The translations under genes and the position numbers were made by a program. From Yuukianura sp. NJ FZ-2021 (Eukaryota): a stretch of 64,000 nt of DNA. The notes under the pieces were generated by a model. It was not told the DNA's origin. It did not search any database and saw only the letters and a list, made by a program, of their open reading frames with translations. The stretch lies in assembly GCA_046563655.1 (NCBI GenBank), contig CM102284.1:4154001-4218000 (forward strand), given 5' to 3'. This document shows, in pieces, positions 28,124 through 41,699 of the stretch (positions within the stretch are counted from its first letter, which is position 1; every line of letters starts with the position of its first letter).

Positions 28124-29314
28124 TCAGTTGTTTTTTAAATACTTCCGGAACGCTCCTACCGGATTGCAAGTGTATGCCTCACATCCTCCACTTTTTGCAG
28201 CACTTTTCCCAGCTCTTGCAACTCTGTCAACCCACTTTGGATAAGACGTCGGATTTTCCAGGAATCTAAAAATTGTCAACTTATTTTAGATTTTGAAAAA
28301 CTTTTCAAATTATTGTTTTAAAACGGAACGCTCTACTCTATGCTTACTTCTGAACCCAAGGAGCTTCATATTCATAAGCTTTAGAAAGTTTGGAGACTTC
28401 GCAACTGACTCTCTCCAGACACTGTTCGCTGAATAGCGTTTCGTGAAGACTCCGGGCTCCGATCATCGACAGGCGACGAGCATTGACCAGCACCGGAACG
28501 ATCGGGAGGAACCAAGATGCAATGAAAAGTGGAATTCCTATTACCACTACCACTGGAAGCAGAATGGGCAAAGCCACTAGCAGTAAAAGTGGAACTATCA
28601 GAATTGGTAGGAATGGAAGAAGAAATGGCAGAAATATTTTGAAAGGCTTCAGCGGTAGGAGGAGCTTAAGCAACGGTGAAAGTTTTAGGGCTTTGAGTAC
28701 TGCAACTACGACGGCCACAATTGCAGCGACTCCACCGGCAATTCCTCCACCGATTGCTAAGGGGTCCTCTGGACCATCTTGACGATGGGTTCCATCGTCA
28801 TCACACAGTCCTGCCAACATACTGCATAGCCAACTCGATTCTGCAAAAATACATTTTATGACGCATGCTAATTTCAAACTTTTCAAAATTTTGAATTAAT
28901 TTTTTTTGAAAATTTTGATTCCAAACCTTCTTGTACCGAAGAATAAACCGAACTTCCCCCGCCAGTACCAGGATAGTCATAATTTTGATAAGTTCCGGAA
29001 CCTGGGTAATGTGGATAAATTGCATAGTGGTAAGCATGCGGGGGTCCAACGGTCACGTGACCAAAAGTACTGGCGTATGGTAACTGGTGCTGGGATTGCG
29101 CACTGGAATGCTGTGGAAGTTGTTGGTGTTGAACATTTTGTTTCGGGTATTTTTGTCTGAAATCACCAACATTTTCCACATGCGCTTCACGGCTCAGAAC
29201 TTGACCTGACCCCGAAGACTCCGGTACGTCATCATGATGTGTCCACACTATGTTGTTTGCTGATGAAAGCGAGGTCACCGTGACCAGAACTAGGGTCAGG
29301 CAGATTAGGGTCAT
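28124..29314 (-). CDS. Uncharacterised protein with signal peptide, long Leu/Pro hydrophobic segment and CLERVSCE…CEAYTC module (paralog B)
   Basis: MTLICLTLVLVTVTSLSSA signal peptide; 3 exons (29314-~28927, ~28840-28348, ~28265-28124) ending FLENPTSYPKWVDRVARAGKSAAKSGGCEAYTCNP…KNN*. Confidence 0.75.
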
Positions 29315-31252
29315 TGTGTAACGTATATGGTACACTTTGTACCGTACAAATAACTTCTTACAGTTAAAAGTTTTAGGTCACAGATGCAGAAAAAGTGCTG
29401 ACGACAATGACATGCTCAAAGACGTTTGTGAAAGACTGAAGTGTTTGGATTGATCTTGACTTATTTTTATAGAAGCGTAGGATTATCAAGACATCGTGAC
29501 TTGAATGCCATGGTCACTAAAAATGGCCAGTGTCAACTTAAACACAAGTCAATTAGCGCCTATGGGTGTGTCGTTGTGCCTTTGACCTACTGCCGGGACT
29601 CGCACTACAGTTTTAGTCCACTCAATTATCAATTTAAACCATTTAGCAACGTATTAAGCGGAAGCGGACATTCCACTTTGTAAAGATTTTGCGATGGCAT
29701 AGTCTTAACTAAGTGACACATCAATTCAATTGAGAGTGTCAAAAATTAGCACCTCTTTTATGTGTGTTTTTAGAGAAAGTTTTCACTTTTTCGCTGACTC
29801 TTCTCGTTCCTTCTAAATAACACATAACCCTAACTTCTGTGACCTTTTGCCTAAATGGCGGGGTCACGAGGTCAGTCCAGGATGAAAAGTTGGAACATTC
29901 AATTTTTGATTGTAAAATGTTTGACGCAACACGGAACGACGGAACACGGAGGAAATGGAGATTGCCTCAAAAATTTTGGTCGCTTTCACTACGTCGGCAT
30001 CTAGCGGTTCCATTTGCTTTCTTTTTGCCAAAATCCTGGACGAATCAATACATTTGAAAATTGGAGCTTTTTATTTGGCACAAGGAGTGGACTGGACGGA
30101 CATACGGGAAACGGGAGAACAGAAAGAATCTGCCCCAGTTCGGTTAAGTTCAGTTCAATTCATATTCATTAAAAACCTGCCTCGATCACTTGATAAGGTA
30201 AGTTTTTATACGACGAGTTAATTACTTTCCGAAGTTTGCTAATTAATTAATAGCAACAAACTAATAGTTCGGGGTCGGGTAAGCCAGTAAAAATCCGGAT
30301 AATTAGGGAGGAACGGGGAAGGAAGCGAATCGCTTCAAGCGATCAATACATGATACTAAGTAAATATGATGATAAGTAAACGATGCTAACTCGTCAATTC
30401 CAATTCCAGGTCCTGGTTTGCCGAGAATCTTCCTGCTCCTGGGATACATTTTGTATTGAGCAAAACTTCGATATTTGCTGTTTTCACTGATCACCGTCTC
30501 ATTCGTGACCCAGTTTCTATACGTGTTTGGCTTCGCCAGTTCGACCAAGACAAGACATAAGGTATTTGGTTAAAACAATTGCAGTTCTGTTGCTATTTTT
30601 AGAGTGAGATGATCTCCGTTAGTACGTTGTAAGGAGATGATGTTCCAATCGGCAAAGAAAGTTAGGAGGGCAAGAGCTTGTAGACTCTGACGCTTATGGC
30701 ATATATCTACCGATCCCTGTACGTAACAAGCAGTAAAACAGCACACCCCGAAGCCGAACTAATGATCAAGGAAGTAAGAAATGGCAAGGGAATCTGCAAG
30801 CTATGCAGAAGCGTAACCGAATTCTCTATTGCGTCTATGGATCTCTCCACATGGCTGTGGTTATGGAATGGAGGAAGGAGGATGATGGCATTGGCAATGC
30901 AATCTTGTGAAGATATGGATATGACTGAATGAAGTGGTCTGGGGTTATCTGGTTTCATCCCGTCAAGGCAGAAGGCACGTCTCCTCCTCTGGATACTACG
31001 AACTGTTTTTAAAGTGACTAGAATTGGCTGGCCGAGCTGGACTTGCCGTCGTTTTCGTCACCTTGCTGAAGCTCTATTATCCAATTTTGAATTTTTATAG
31101 GCCACGAAACACTAATTTTCTATCGCCAGGGGTTTTCAGTACGTAGCCGTAGTCGCGTGTGAAGGTGTGATTTAGTTTGTCTTGGTTATTGCTCGTTTAA
31201 GATTCAGTAACTTTTTCTTTTTGTTCACTTTCAGATTTTCAATCAACCGAGG

Positions 31253-33694
<2,442 letters not shown>

Positions 33695-34536
33695 CCTTGT
33701 GACTCCCTTGCAATCGTCTAGTGATTTAAGTCCTTGTTTCCCGTATTCCGTATACTCACAAGTATTAAGAACAGGTCAGGTGAATGGTTATTAACACTAA
33801 CTGTGCCATTAAGTTGAATCGAATTGCGGAACCCATAGTGTAACTTAACTAAATTCTAAATTGACTTTGAACCTTGGTCTCTAACTTGTCGTCATTCAAA
33901 AAAACGAAACCAAAAACAGTCAGTCATGAAAATAAAATGCGTAGATTCAAAATTCAATTAAGCCGAATCGCCTATTACTGTTCACTGATTGAGTCTAGTT
34001 ACTACTTTATAATCAACTAAGTACCAACCAACAGCTTTGACGCCGCAAGCAACTAAATGTAAAGGTGGAAACATTTCTTTGTTTGCTGCCTTCTTGCAAC
34101 CGGAAGAAAACTCCCCCCCCCCCCCTCACTTCGCTGCTCGCTCATCTGTTCTGACTCTGCTCCTTGCTCCTTCCTACCTGTTGTGAATTTAAAAAATTGA
34201 AGATCATAAATAAGTAGTTACTTAAAAACTTAACGTACGCTCCCGTTAATTTGCATTTGACCTTCAATGAATCGCCTCAGGTCACTTACTGGTGGACGAT
34301 AACACTCCGTTCGTTCGCCCGTTCTCTCTTGTCCAGTTAAAACTGCAAAAGTGGTAAGATTTGCCGTACTGTAATTGAATTTCATTTTCAAAATTTAATA
34401 AGATACGATTCCGAACTGATTGATTACATAATTCATAATGGAATTTCCATACCAAGTTCTATACCAAGAGCTGCGACTCCAATGCAAGTTCAATCGTAAT
34501 TGGTGTGGGTTCTCATTTTGCAGATTCCTGTTACAA

Positions 34537-36528
34537 ATGCCGAATTCGGAGGATTACAAATGGCCGTCTTTCCCAAATCCATTTGGTGTGACAGACTATG
34601 GTGAAGGTCCTGAACCGAAAACGCTAAGGGAGCTGGAGATGACGAAATTGAGTGCCAGCATTCGTCGAAAACCATATTGGTTTGACAAAATGAAAAATCC
34701 AGAAATCCTTGCGAAATGGAAAGAAGAAGCCAAGGCCCAAGGACTAACTGACAATCAAATCTCATACGTCCTGCAAGAACTCACTTACTATGACGCATTG
34801 AGACAGCCGGAAAATGGCATTCAAGTATCCGATGTGGATGGAGTTTGGCACTCTGACACTTTGGTTGAAGATGCTCTACGAAAAGAGCTTCTGAACGGGG
34901 TCGAGCGACTGGAAGATATCCCTGTAGCTAAGAGAGACTGGCATCCAGGAAGTAGGAAGCAAGTATGGAACCTCGTTCATCCATCGTTGTACCCATTGAT
35001 GTATGGGAAGACACGTATTGTTCCAAAAGCTAAGCCCGCACTAAAGTTCTGCGGTGGAGGGAACCTTGTAGCTGTGTTTGAACTTCATCACGCCAAAATA
35101 TTAGAGCATAAGCCAAAGGCTGGTCAAGACAACGATTCCGTTGAAGGTGAAGAAGAAGCAGCCGATGATGAAGCAAATGACTTTGTCTCAAGCCAAGAAC
35201 AAGACGACACGGAGAAGGCAGGTGGAGGTAACGAAACGGCACACGAAGATGACGATGATGGGTTAGCAGATGAAGAAGATGAGGGTGCAGACGAAGTTCA
35301 AGAAGAAGCTGAAGCCGAAGTAGACGATGGAGAAGAAGGTTCTGAAGCTGACGAATCGGACAATGAAGAAGGTGCTAAAGAAGCAACTGACGACGATGAG
35401 GCTACCACTGACGAAGAAGAGGAGTCCGATTGGGAGAGTGACCCTGGCAATCCCTATGGAATCGACGAGGACGACTTCTGGATTTCCAAAAAATTTAGTT
35501 GGCTCCCAACTGACGTTGCCGTGAACAAGGATGGAACTGTCAAGATTCTCTCTTACATTAACAATTTACACCCAAAACACCACAAGGGTTTGTATGGAAC
35601 GCTGGAGAAAATACTTTCCAAGTTCATTCCGCTCTTTGAAAAAGTATTGCAAGACCAGACAGTTGCACGACCAAACCGAATCATTTTGGAGTCAAATAAC
35701 TTTTACGGTGATGCTGAATATCCAGGAGAAGATGACGATGAGGATGAAAACTATGACGAGAACTATGAAGAATGGGCACGAAATCGGCCTTTGATCTTGC
35801 CGGATGCTCCGGAAAAATTCGTCCCACCACCAGCCGTTGCCGAAACTAACCGAATCAGCCTTCGTGGAAAAAGTCTTCAAGTGATTGTCAAGTTGGCCAA
35901 CATCGTTCTCACTCCAGAAAATCCCAAGTTCCGTGGCGGAGTTTGGCATGTCGAGGGAATGGAGAACGAGCGTATCGTGGCATCCGGGATTTACTACTAC
36001 GATGTCTCCAACATTTCAAACAGCGAACTTGCCTTCAGACAACATGTCTGTGAACCTGGTTATGAGCAGGGTGACGATCGTGGAGTAGAAGGAGTCTACG
36101 GTCTGCAAAACGAAGAGGCCCTCAATCAGTTCCTGGGATCCGTCCAAACCAGTGAGAATCGCTGCCTTGCCTTTCCCAACATTTACCAGCATCGTGTTCA
36201 ACCATTTCAGCTGACCGACAGTACAAAACCAGGTCATCGCAAGATTCTTGTGTTCTTCTTGGTGGATCCAGGGAACCCGGTGACCGTGTCCACTTCAAGT
36301 GTACCACCACAGCAACTGGATTGGTACTTGGAAGAACTACAGAAGATTCCGCCCTTCAATACGCTTCCGTACGAAGTTTTTTGCCACATTGCAAGCTTTA
36401 TAGAGTGGCCACTCTCCTTGAAAGCAGCGAAGAAGATGCGACGGAAGTTGATGAGGGAACGGAAGTACTTCGTGTCCAAAAACAGCGAGCAGTATTTTGA
36501 GCGACCATTCTCTCTCTGTGAGCACTAA
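34537..36528 (+). CDS. DUF4246-family protein (2OG-Fe(II) oxygenase-like), intronless CDS with long acidic insert; HGT candidate
   Basis: Family motifs DWHPGS…LVHPSLYPL, SKKFSWLPTDV…SYINNLHP, LQVIVKLANIVLTPENP…WHVEGMENERIVASGIYYYD, AFPNIYQHRVQPFQLTDSTKPGHRKILVFFLVDP, end FSLCEH. Likely start ATG 34537 after a 5'UTR intron (gtaag 34354…ttgcag 34523). Confidence 0.85.
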   Translation: MPNSEDYKWPSFPNPFGVTDYGEGPEPKTLRELEMTKLSASIRRKPYWFDKMKNPEILAKWKEEAKAQGLTDNQISYVLQELTYYDALRQPENGIQVSDVDGVWHSDTLVEDALRKELLNGVERLEDIPVAKRDWHPGSRKQVWNLVHPSLYPLMYGKTRIVPKAKPALKFCGGGNLVAVFELHHAKILEHKPKAGQDNDSVEGEEEAADDEANDFVSSQEQDDTEKAGGGNETAHEDDDDGLADEEDEGADEVQEEAEAEVDDGEEGSEADESDNEEGAKEATDDDEATTDEEEESDWESDPGNPYGIDEDDFWISKKFSWLPTDVAVNKDGTVKILSYINNLHPKHHKGLYGTLEKILSKFIPLFEKVLQDQTVARPNRIILESNNFYGDAEYPGEDDDEDENYDENYEEWARNRPLILPDAPEKFVPPPAVAETNRISLRGKSLQVIVKLANIVLTPENPKFRGGVWHVEGMENERIVASGIYYYDVSNISNSELAFRQHVCEPGYEQGDDRGVEGVYGLQNEEALNQFLGSVQTSENRCLAFPNIYQHRVQPFQLTDSTKPGHRKILVFFLVDPGNPVTVSTSSVPPQQLDWYLEELQKIPPFNTLPYEVFCHIASFIEWPLSLKAAKKMRRKLMRERKYFVSKNSEQYFERPFSLCEH

Positions 36529-36551
36529 GCACAGTGGAAAAAGAGTTTTCC

Positions 36552-36747
36552 TTTTGAGACAGGGAGTCTCATTTAACAATAGCTCGGCACTTTTGCTCCG
36601 CTCCCGATCCTGCAATCCCCGTTCTTTTAGCCTACCCCTCCGCTCCCCGTTGCTGAGAGCAGAGATCGGGGATTGCAAAGTGCCGAGTTAAACGTTATGC
36701 AGTTAAATCCGAGATTTAACTGCATAACGTAAACTCGTGTCTCAAAA
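36552..36747. repeat. ~200-bp nested palindromic element just 3' of the DUF4246 stop (MITE-like)
   Basis: Outer TTTTGAGACA/TGTCTCAAAA; inner CTCGGCACTTT…AAAGTGCCGAG (36583-36687); perfect 18-bp hairpin ACGTTATGCAGTTAAATC-cga-GATTTAACTGCATAACGT (36692-36730). Confidence 0.65.
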
Positions 36748-37085
36748 CCTCGCTTTTTTCTACTATACTTAGATCAACATACGGGGGATGCTGGATGCCC
36801 CTTATGCCGTTTCTATTTTATGTGATACATGTGTAGTACCTAGTACCTAAAAGTTCGTCAAACACTGCTCTTCATTTTCAAGTCACACATTGCAAAACTC
36901 AGTTAATTTTAGTCTATTATTTCGGTGTAATCGATTGCTGCAGTGTGTGAAATGGGATCAATTTTTGAGAAATAAAAATTCAGGATGACCTGAATATTTT
37001 TTAAAGGTGAACTCAGAAGATGGTGTAATTTCTTCTTCCATTTATTTCCTTCAAACTGAAAATTATGAACAAATGCTGTTTTTGA

Positions 37086-38000
37086 TTATGGATCGGGTAA
37101 CCTTCGGATGATTCTTGCTGGGTTTCCGGCCACAACCACATTTGATGGAATGTCCTTTGTAACAACGGCTATTTTAAATTAAAAAAATTGAATAAAATGT
37201 AAAAATACTATTATTACAATTTACAATTAGTATAGTAATCACAAATATGTGTGAAGTTGTGTGGTAACTCACATCCTGCTCCAATGGTAACTCCATTTCC
37301 AATTGTGACTCCTGGACAAATCGTCACGTGGCCCCCGATCCAAACGTCGTCGCCAATCGTCACTGGATACGCCAACTCAAAGTCCAGTCGCTGCTTTGGA
37401 CACAGTGGATGCGTAGCTGCATAGATGTGGACTCCTGGAGCGATCATCACGTTCTTTCCTATTTCAAAGCATCAGTACACAGCGTTGCTTTTCAGTGACC
37501 TTTGACCTTGGTAAATAAGTAAACATACCAATGGTGATGGGAGCGCAGTCCAGGATACACATATCAAAGTTGATTTGGGCGTTGGCGCCAAGGGTGATGT
37601 TATATCCATAATCACACCGAAAGTTCGGTTCAATGAAAGCGTCAGGAGCCGAATTCGGATTCAGCAATTTTTTCAGGATTGCTCTGCGCTGTTCTTTAGC
37701 TTCCACTGGAGCATCATTGAATTCACGCACAAGCAGTCGAGCTGCAAGTCTCTCTCGCGTCAGCTCGGGATCACTCGGCTTATACGGAAACCTAAAGAAT
37801 ACATAAAACTTAAAACCATGAAAATCCTGAAAATCCATCCCCTAAAAACACACTGTAGAAGCTTGTGACCTTGAATGACCTTACCCTGCATTCATTCGTT
37901 CCTTCTCTGTCAAGTGGGCGTAGGTGGATGGATCTGGTTGTACTGGAATGTCACGCTTCACGTTCCTCTCACTAGCCTTACAACAATTAGGAGTTGCCAT
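37086..38000 (-). CDS. Maltose/galactoside O-acetyltransferase-like protein (Mac domain + hexapeptide repeats), bacterial/fungal type, with 3 coding introns
   Basis: Spliced model MATPNCC…[19 protein letters not shown]…[16 protein letters not shown]…DCAPITIG|…ATHP…[23 protein letters not shown]…GAG|…[26 protein letters not shown]. Confidence 0.9.
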
Positions 38001-38506
38001 CGTTTGACCTGTCAATGTCACACCAAAAATCTGCAAAAGAACAAAAGTATGAAGTATCGATCTGTTTCTAGGCGAAATCCAGCAGAGATGATTCGGCTCC
38101 AGTTGGCGCTTCTTTATCTAATCTCAAGTGCCTAAAAAGTTTCAAGCTGATTCAATTGACTTAAGTTCCAGAGGAGATTCACTTTTGCAATTTCCGAATG
38201 CTGAGAAGATTTAATTTTTCATAAAGACAGAGAAAATTAAAGTTGTGGCTTTTAAGCTTTGTGAAATGTAAGTTGAGAATGCATTGACGATGACGATAGA
38301 ATTGGAAAGATAATAATAATTCGTAATACTTAAAGTCATACATAATACTGGTTAATTGAAAATAATTTGGAGTCATGGAAGGGAAGAGAAAATACTGAAT
38401 GTTAGTCAAAAATAAATGCTTAAATAAGTTCCTTTGTATAAGTTCAGTTTAAAGCGTCCGTTTCAATTGAAGTTACACGAACCTAAGTCTTCAAGTAGTA
38501 TCTGAG

Positions 38507-40552
38507 TTATTCCATTCGTTGGTTCATCATTTCTTTGAAGTGTCTTCTCGCGTTCAAGTACATCATTGACTCTGAAATTGAAAAATTGAATGCAGTAAAC
38601 TTATGAACAAATGTTATTTAAGAATGTAATAACCTTGGTAAGTGTGTGGCATTATCAGAGGCGGAAGAGGAGGTGAATCCACCCTGAACGTGAAATGGAA
38701 AATATTCGTCACATCACTTTTTCCACTCTCGGGATCCATGACCTCTGCAATGACCGGCGTATGCACAAAGTTATCCTCGACGTAACCGATCTTAACATAG
38801 CAAAAAATACAATAATTTTTAAAATGTAAATCACCAGAGACAATAGTAGAGAAAAAGTCAGAGGAATTATAAGTTGATTTCACACCTCTGCACCAAATCT
38901 AAGTATAGATCCGATCTCCACTGGCTTACGGAAGAGAATATCATCGATGTTAATTATTTTTGGCCGAGTCTTTCTAAATGTCAAGTTCAAAATTTTAATT
39001 GAAGTGCTCCAATTCTGTATATGTATTTTTGAATACATATTTTCTAAACTTACGTGTACAAATAGACATTTGAAAATGCAAGTTCGAATGCTTGTCGCAT
39101 TATGAAACCCCCGAAAATTTTGTTGAACCGATTTCGGTACTAAAAAAAACAAAAGAAAACTTAGAATTTGGAGATTTTTGAAAAAAAAAATAATAATTGG
39201 TTACTCTCACGTTTTACCTGCGGATGACACAATAGAAGTGTATTTAGACGAGAGTCTTCCATAGTGGCCATGTTGGAATCCTTTTGGATATGATTCACTT
39301 TCTGGAGAGAAGATGGATGGAATCCACAATAATTTGGATTTAGAGTGGACATGAACAGGTTGTGAATAACTTCGCGTTCTTCCTCGACCGGTGGTTTCAG
39401 AAACAGCGACTCCTGTGATGTACGCTTCCGTTTGATTGATCTCTCTGTAAAATCAGAAGTTTAAATGAAAGAATGAAAAGTTATGAATCAAAAATTATGA
39501 TGCTCAGAACATGAAATTCTAAACGTTTTACCTGTTCCTAACGCAATAAAGGCTGCTTCTTCTGGAGTGTCAGCGACTAGAGGGTTGATAATTGCTGAGC
39601 CTTGATTTAAAGGATCACGAGCGACAAACACAAAAACTGCTGAAGTTAGTTTCTTCCAAGAGCCTGGTTCGAGTTGTTGATCCACCAATACTGATACTTC
39701 CATTGAAGATTTTCCAACCCATGAAACATGACCAGACATTCGAATGTCCTTGTTTGCCTGAATAAAGAGACAAACATTAACTAAACAATACCACAAAATC
39801 GTAGTAAGTGAAACCTCTATAAAAGAAAAGTATCTAAATCCCTTACGTCGATTATGTCACCGGAGAAGTGAATTGTATCAACCAAGGCTGTGACACAAGA
39901 GTATGGATTTGGGTATCCCTCGGCTTTCGGATTCTTAATATGATTGTAGCAACACCATGCTGAACCAAAAAAGAAATAGAATGCTATTCTAAAAAACAAG
40001 TTTTAAGACGTATTTGATAAGCCTTCTAACCAGCAAAAACGTCAAGGTCTTCAAGTAATCGTCCAACTCGCACAGTTCCAAAGTATGTGGTATACCTTTC
40101 CTTCAGTTCTCGATTTTGATTAACTGGAATAATGGCTGAAATAAAGCTATCTTGCATTCTCCGTGCTGGCAGTTCTTCCTGAGTCTTCGGCAACAGACCC
40201 ATTAACTTCCGACGACTCTCCAGCTTCTCTTCAACAGTAGCCGGACTTCCATATTGTTTAGACGCCCCAATCAAGTTTGTAAACTTATCCAGCACTGAAA
40301 AGAAAAATGGTTTCGTAAATTAATGAAAATATTTTCGAAATAAGCTTAAATATTCGTTTTGGCCCCTTTCGGGTGGGCGTTGCACTTACATTGTAAATTC
40401 GTAAGAGTCGGCACGAAATGTGGATCTGGGTTGACAAAAAGCGTCTTCTTGCAAGTACTGGCAGTAGGGGTGCTTCCAATTTCTCGGAACAAGAGACGAA
40501 ATGAACATAACTTGTGTTTCCATGTTCCATTCGCTGATTTGACAAACAACAT
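38507..40552 (-). CDS. ACOT9: Acyl-CoA thioesterase 9-like (mitochondrial, double hotdog fold)
   Basis: GTVRVGRLLEDLDVFA, VTALVDTI, SGHVSWVGKSSMEV, FVFVARDP, IDDILFRKPVEIGSIL, TNIFHFTF; ends ESMMYLNARRHFKEMMNQRME*. Confidence 0.9.
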
Positions 40553-41230
40553 TATGCTATCTTAATTCCGAACCAACCCTTAACTACACTTTCTTTCTGC
40601 ATGATAAAGCCATACAGTTGACACTGGAGTCTAAATGTAATCCTATTCCTACCGAAAAGAGCAATACTAATTACTTGATTGCAATTAACTTAATTGAGAT
40701 AACCCCTAACAGCTAGCCAACAATAATGAAAATGTTATGTGAGTTTGGTTTTTTGTTTTGTTTTGATTTTAAAGTTAAGTTTTAGCTTGTCTGAATTTTT
40801 CCAAATGACTTCCCGCCTAATCTCAATTGGTACAAATTTCAAATGATGCCTAATTCAATGATAACTCCGATAACACTTCGTGTTACCGGTTCGCGTTCGT
40901 AGTTTAGCAGCATTTTAGCGCTATTAAATTTGCAAACCTATTGAGATTGAAAAAGTTACAGCTAACGTAACGTAAAGTTTTATTTTCGTCCATGCTATGT
41001 AATGGTACAAAGGCCAGTTTGTTGAAGGTCAGCCATGAGTAATGCAACATAAATACATCTCTTTTGTTGTCCACAAATTGCACAAGGTCCTAGTGGATCT
41101 GGACAGAGTTAGAATTTAGTAATAGATGTTCTGCATCAATTCAATGCATTGAAACTTTTTGGTCAGCGTGACTCTTTAGATTTTGCCACTTGAAGATTAC
41201 GTTCGAGTGGAAATTGGCAAAAACATACTA

Positions 41231-41641
41231 CCAAGTGTTTTTTAATTTGTGTCCAAGCCATGTATAAGAGCGTAACGGAGTTGGGCGGAGTTTGGATGGC
41301 GGGAACCGAAAATTTGAACGGTTGACTATTCAGCTGAGGTGACAAAGGTGTTCACACCAGGTGTTGTTTATTCTCATCCTTTTACTCATTCTTTTACTTA
41401 ACTTTAGTCAATTGTTTTAACAATTAACGTCATTAATAAATACTTTAAAACAATTAACAATAAGAATAAGTTAAATAAAAGAATGAGTAAAAGGATGAGA
41501 ATAAACAAGACCTGGTGTGAACACCTTTGTCACCTCAGCTGAATAGTCAACCGTTCAAATTTTCGGTTCCCGCCATCCAAACTCCGGCCAACTCCGTTAC
41601 GCTCTTATACATGGCTTGGACACAAATTAAAAAACACTTGG
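41231..41641. mobile_element. Foldback MITE with ~170-bp near-perfect arms and TA target duplication (Tc1/mariner-type)
   Basis: TA|CCAAGTGTTTTTTAATTTGTGTCC… mirrored by …GGACACAAATTAAAAAACACTTGG|TA; arms match with only a few mismatches; AT-rich spacer ~41405-41470. Confidence 0.92.
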
Positions 41642-41699
41642 TACTTCGATAAATACTGACATCCAGTATTAGTATTCGCTGTTGAAGCTGTTTTAAAAC

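Noticed and set aside
26004-28782. Arg/Gly-rich plus-strand ORFs at 26004 and 28483
   Set aside because: Antisense shadows of the Leu/Pro-rich coding regions.
30365-30492. Possible C/D snoRNA (ATGATGA…CTGA)
   Set aside because: No terminal stem or recognisable rRNA guide; such short motifs occur by chance.
34438-34536. N-terminal 33 codons of the 696-aa ORF
   Set aside because: They overlap a probable 5'UTR intron ending ttgcag at 34523; ATG 34537 is the more plausible start.
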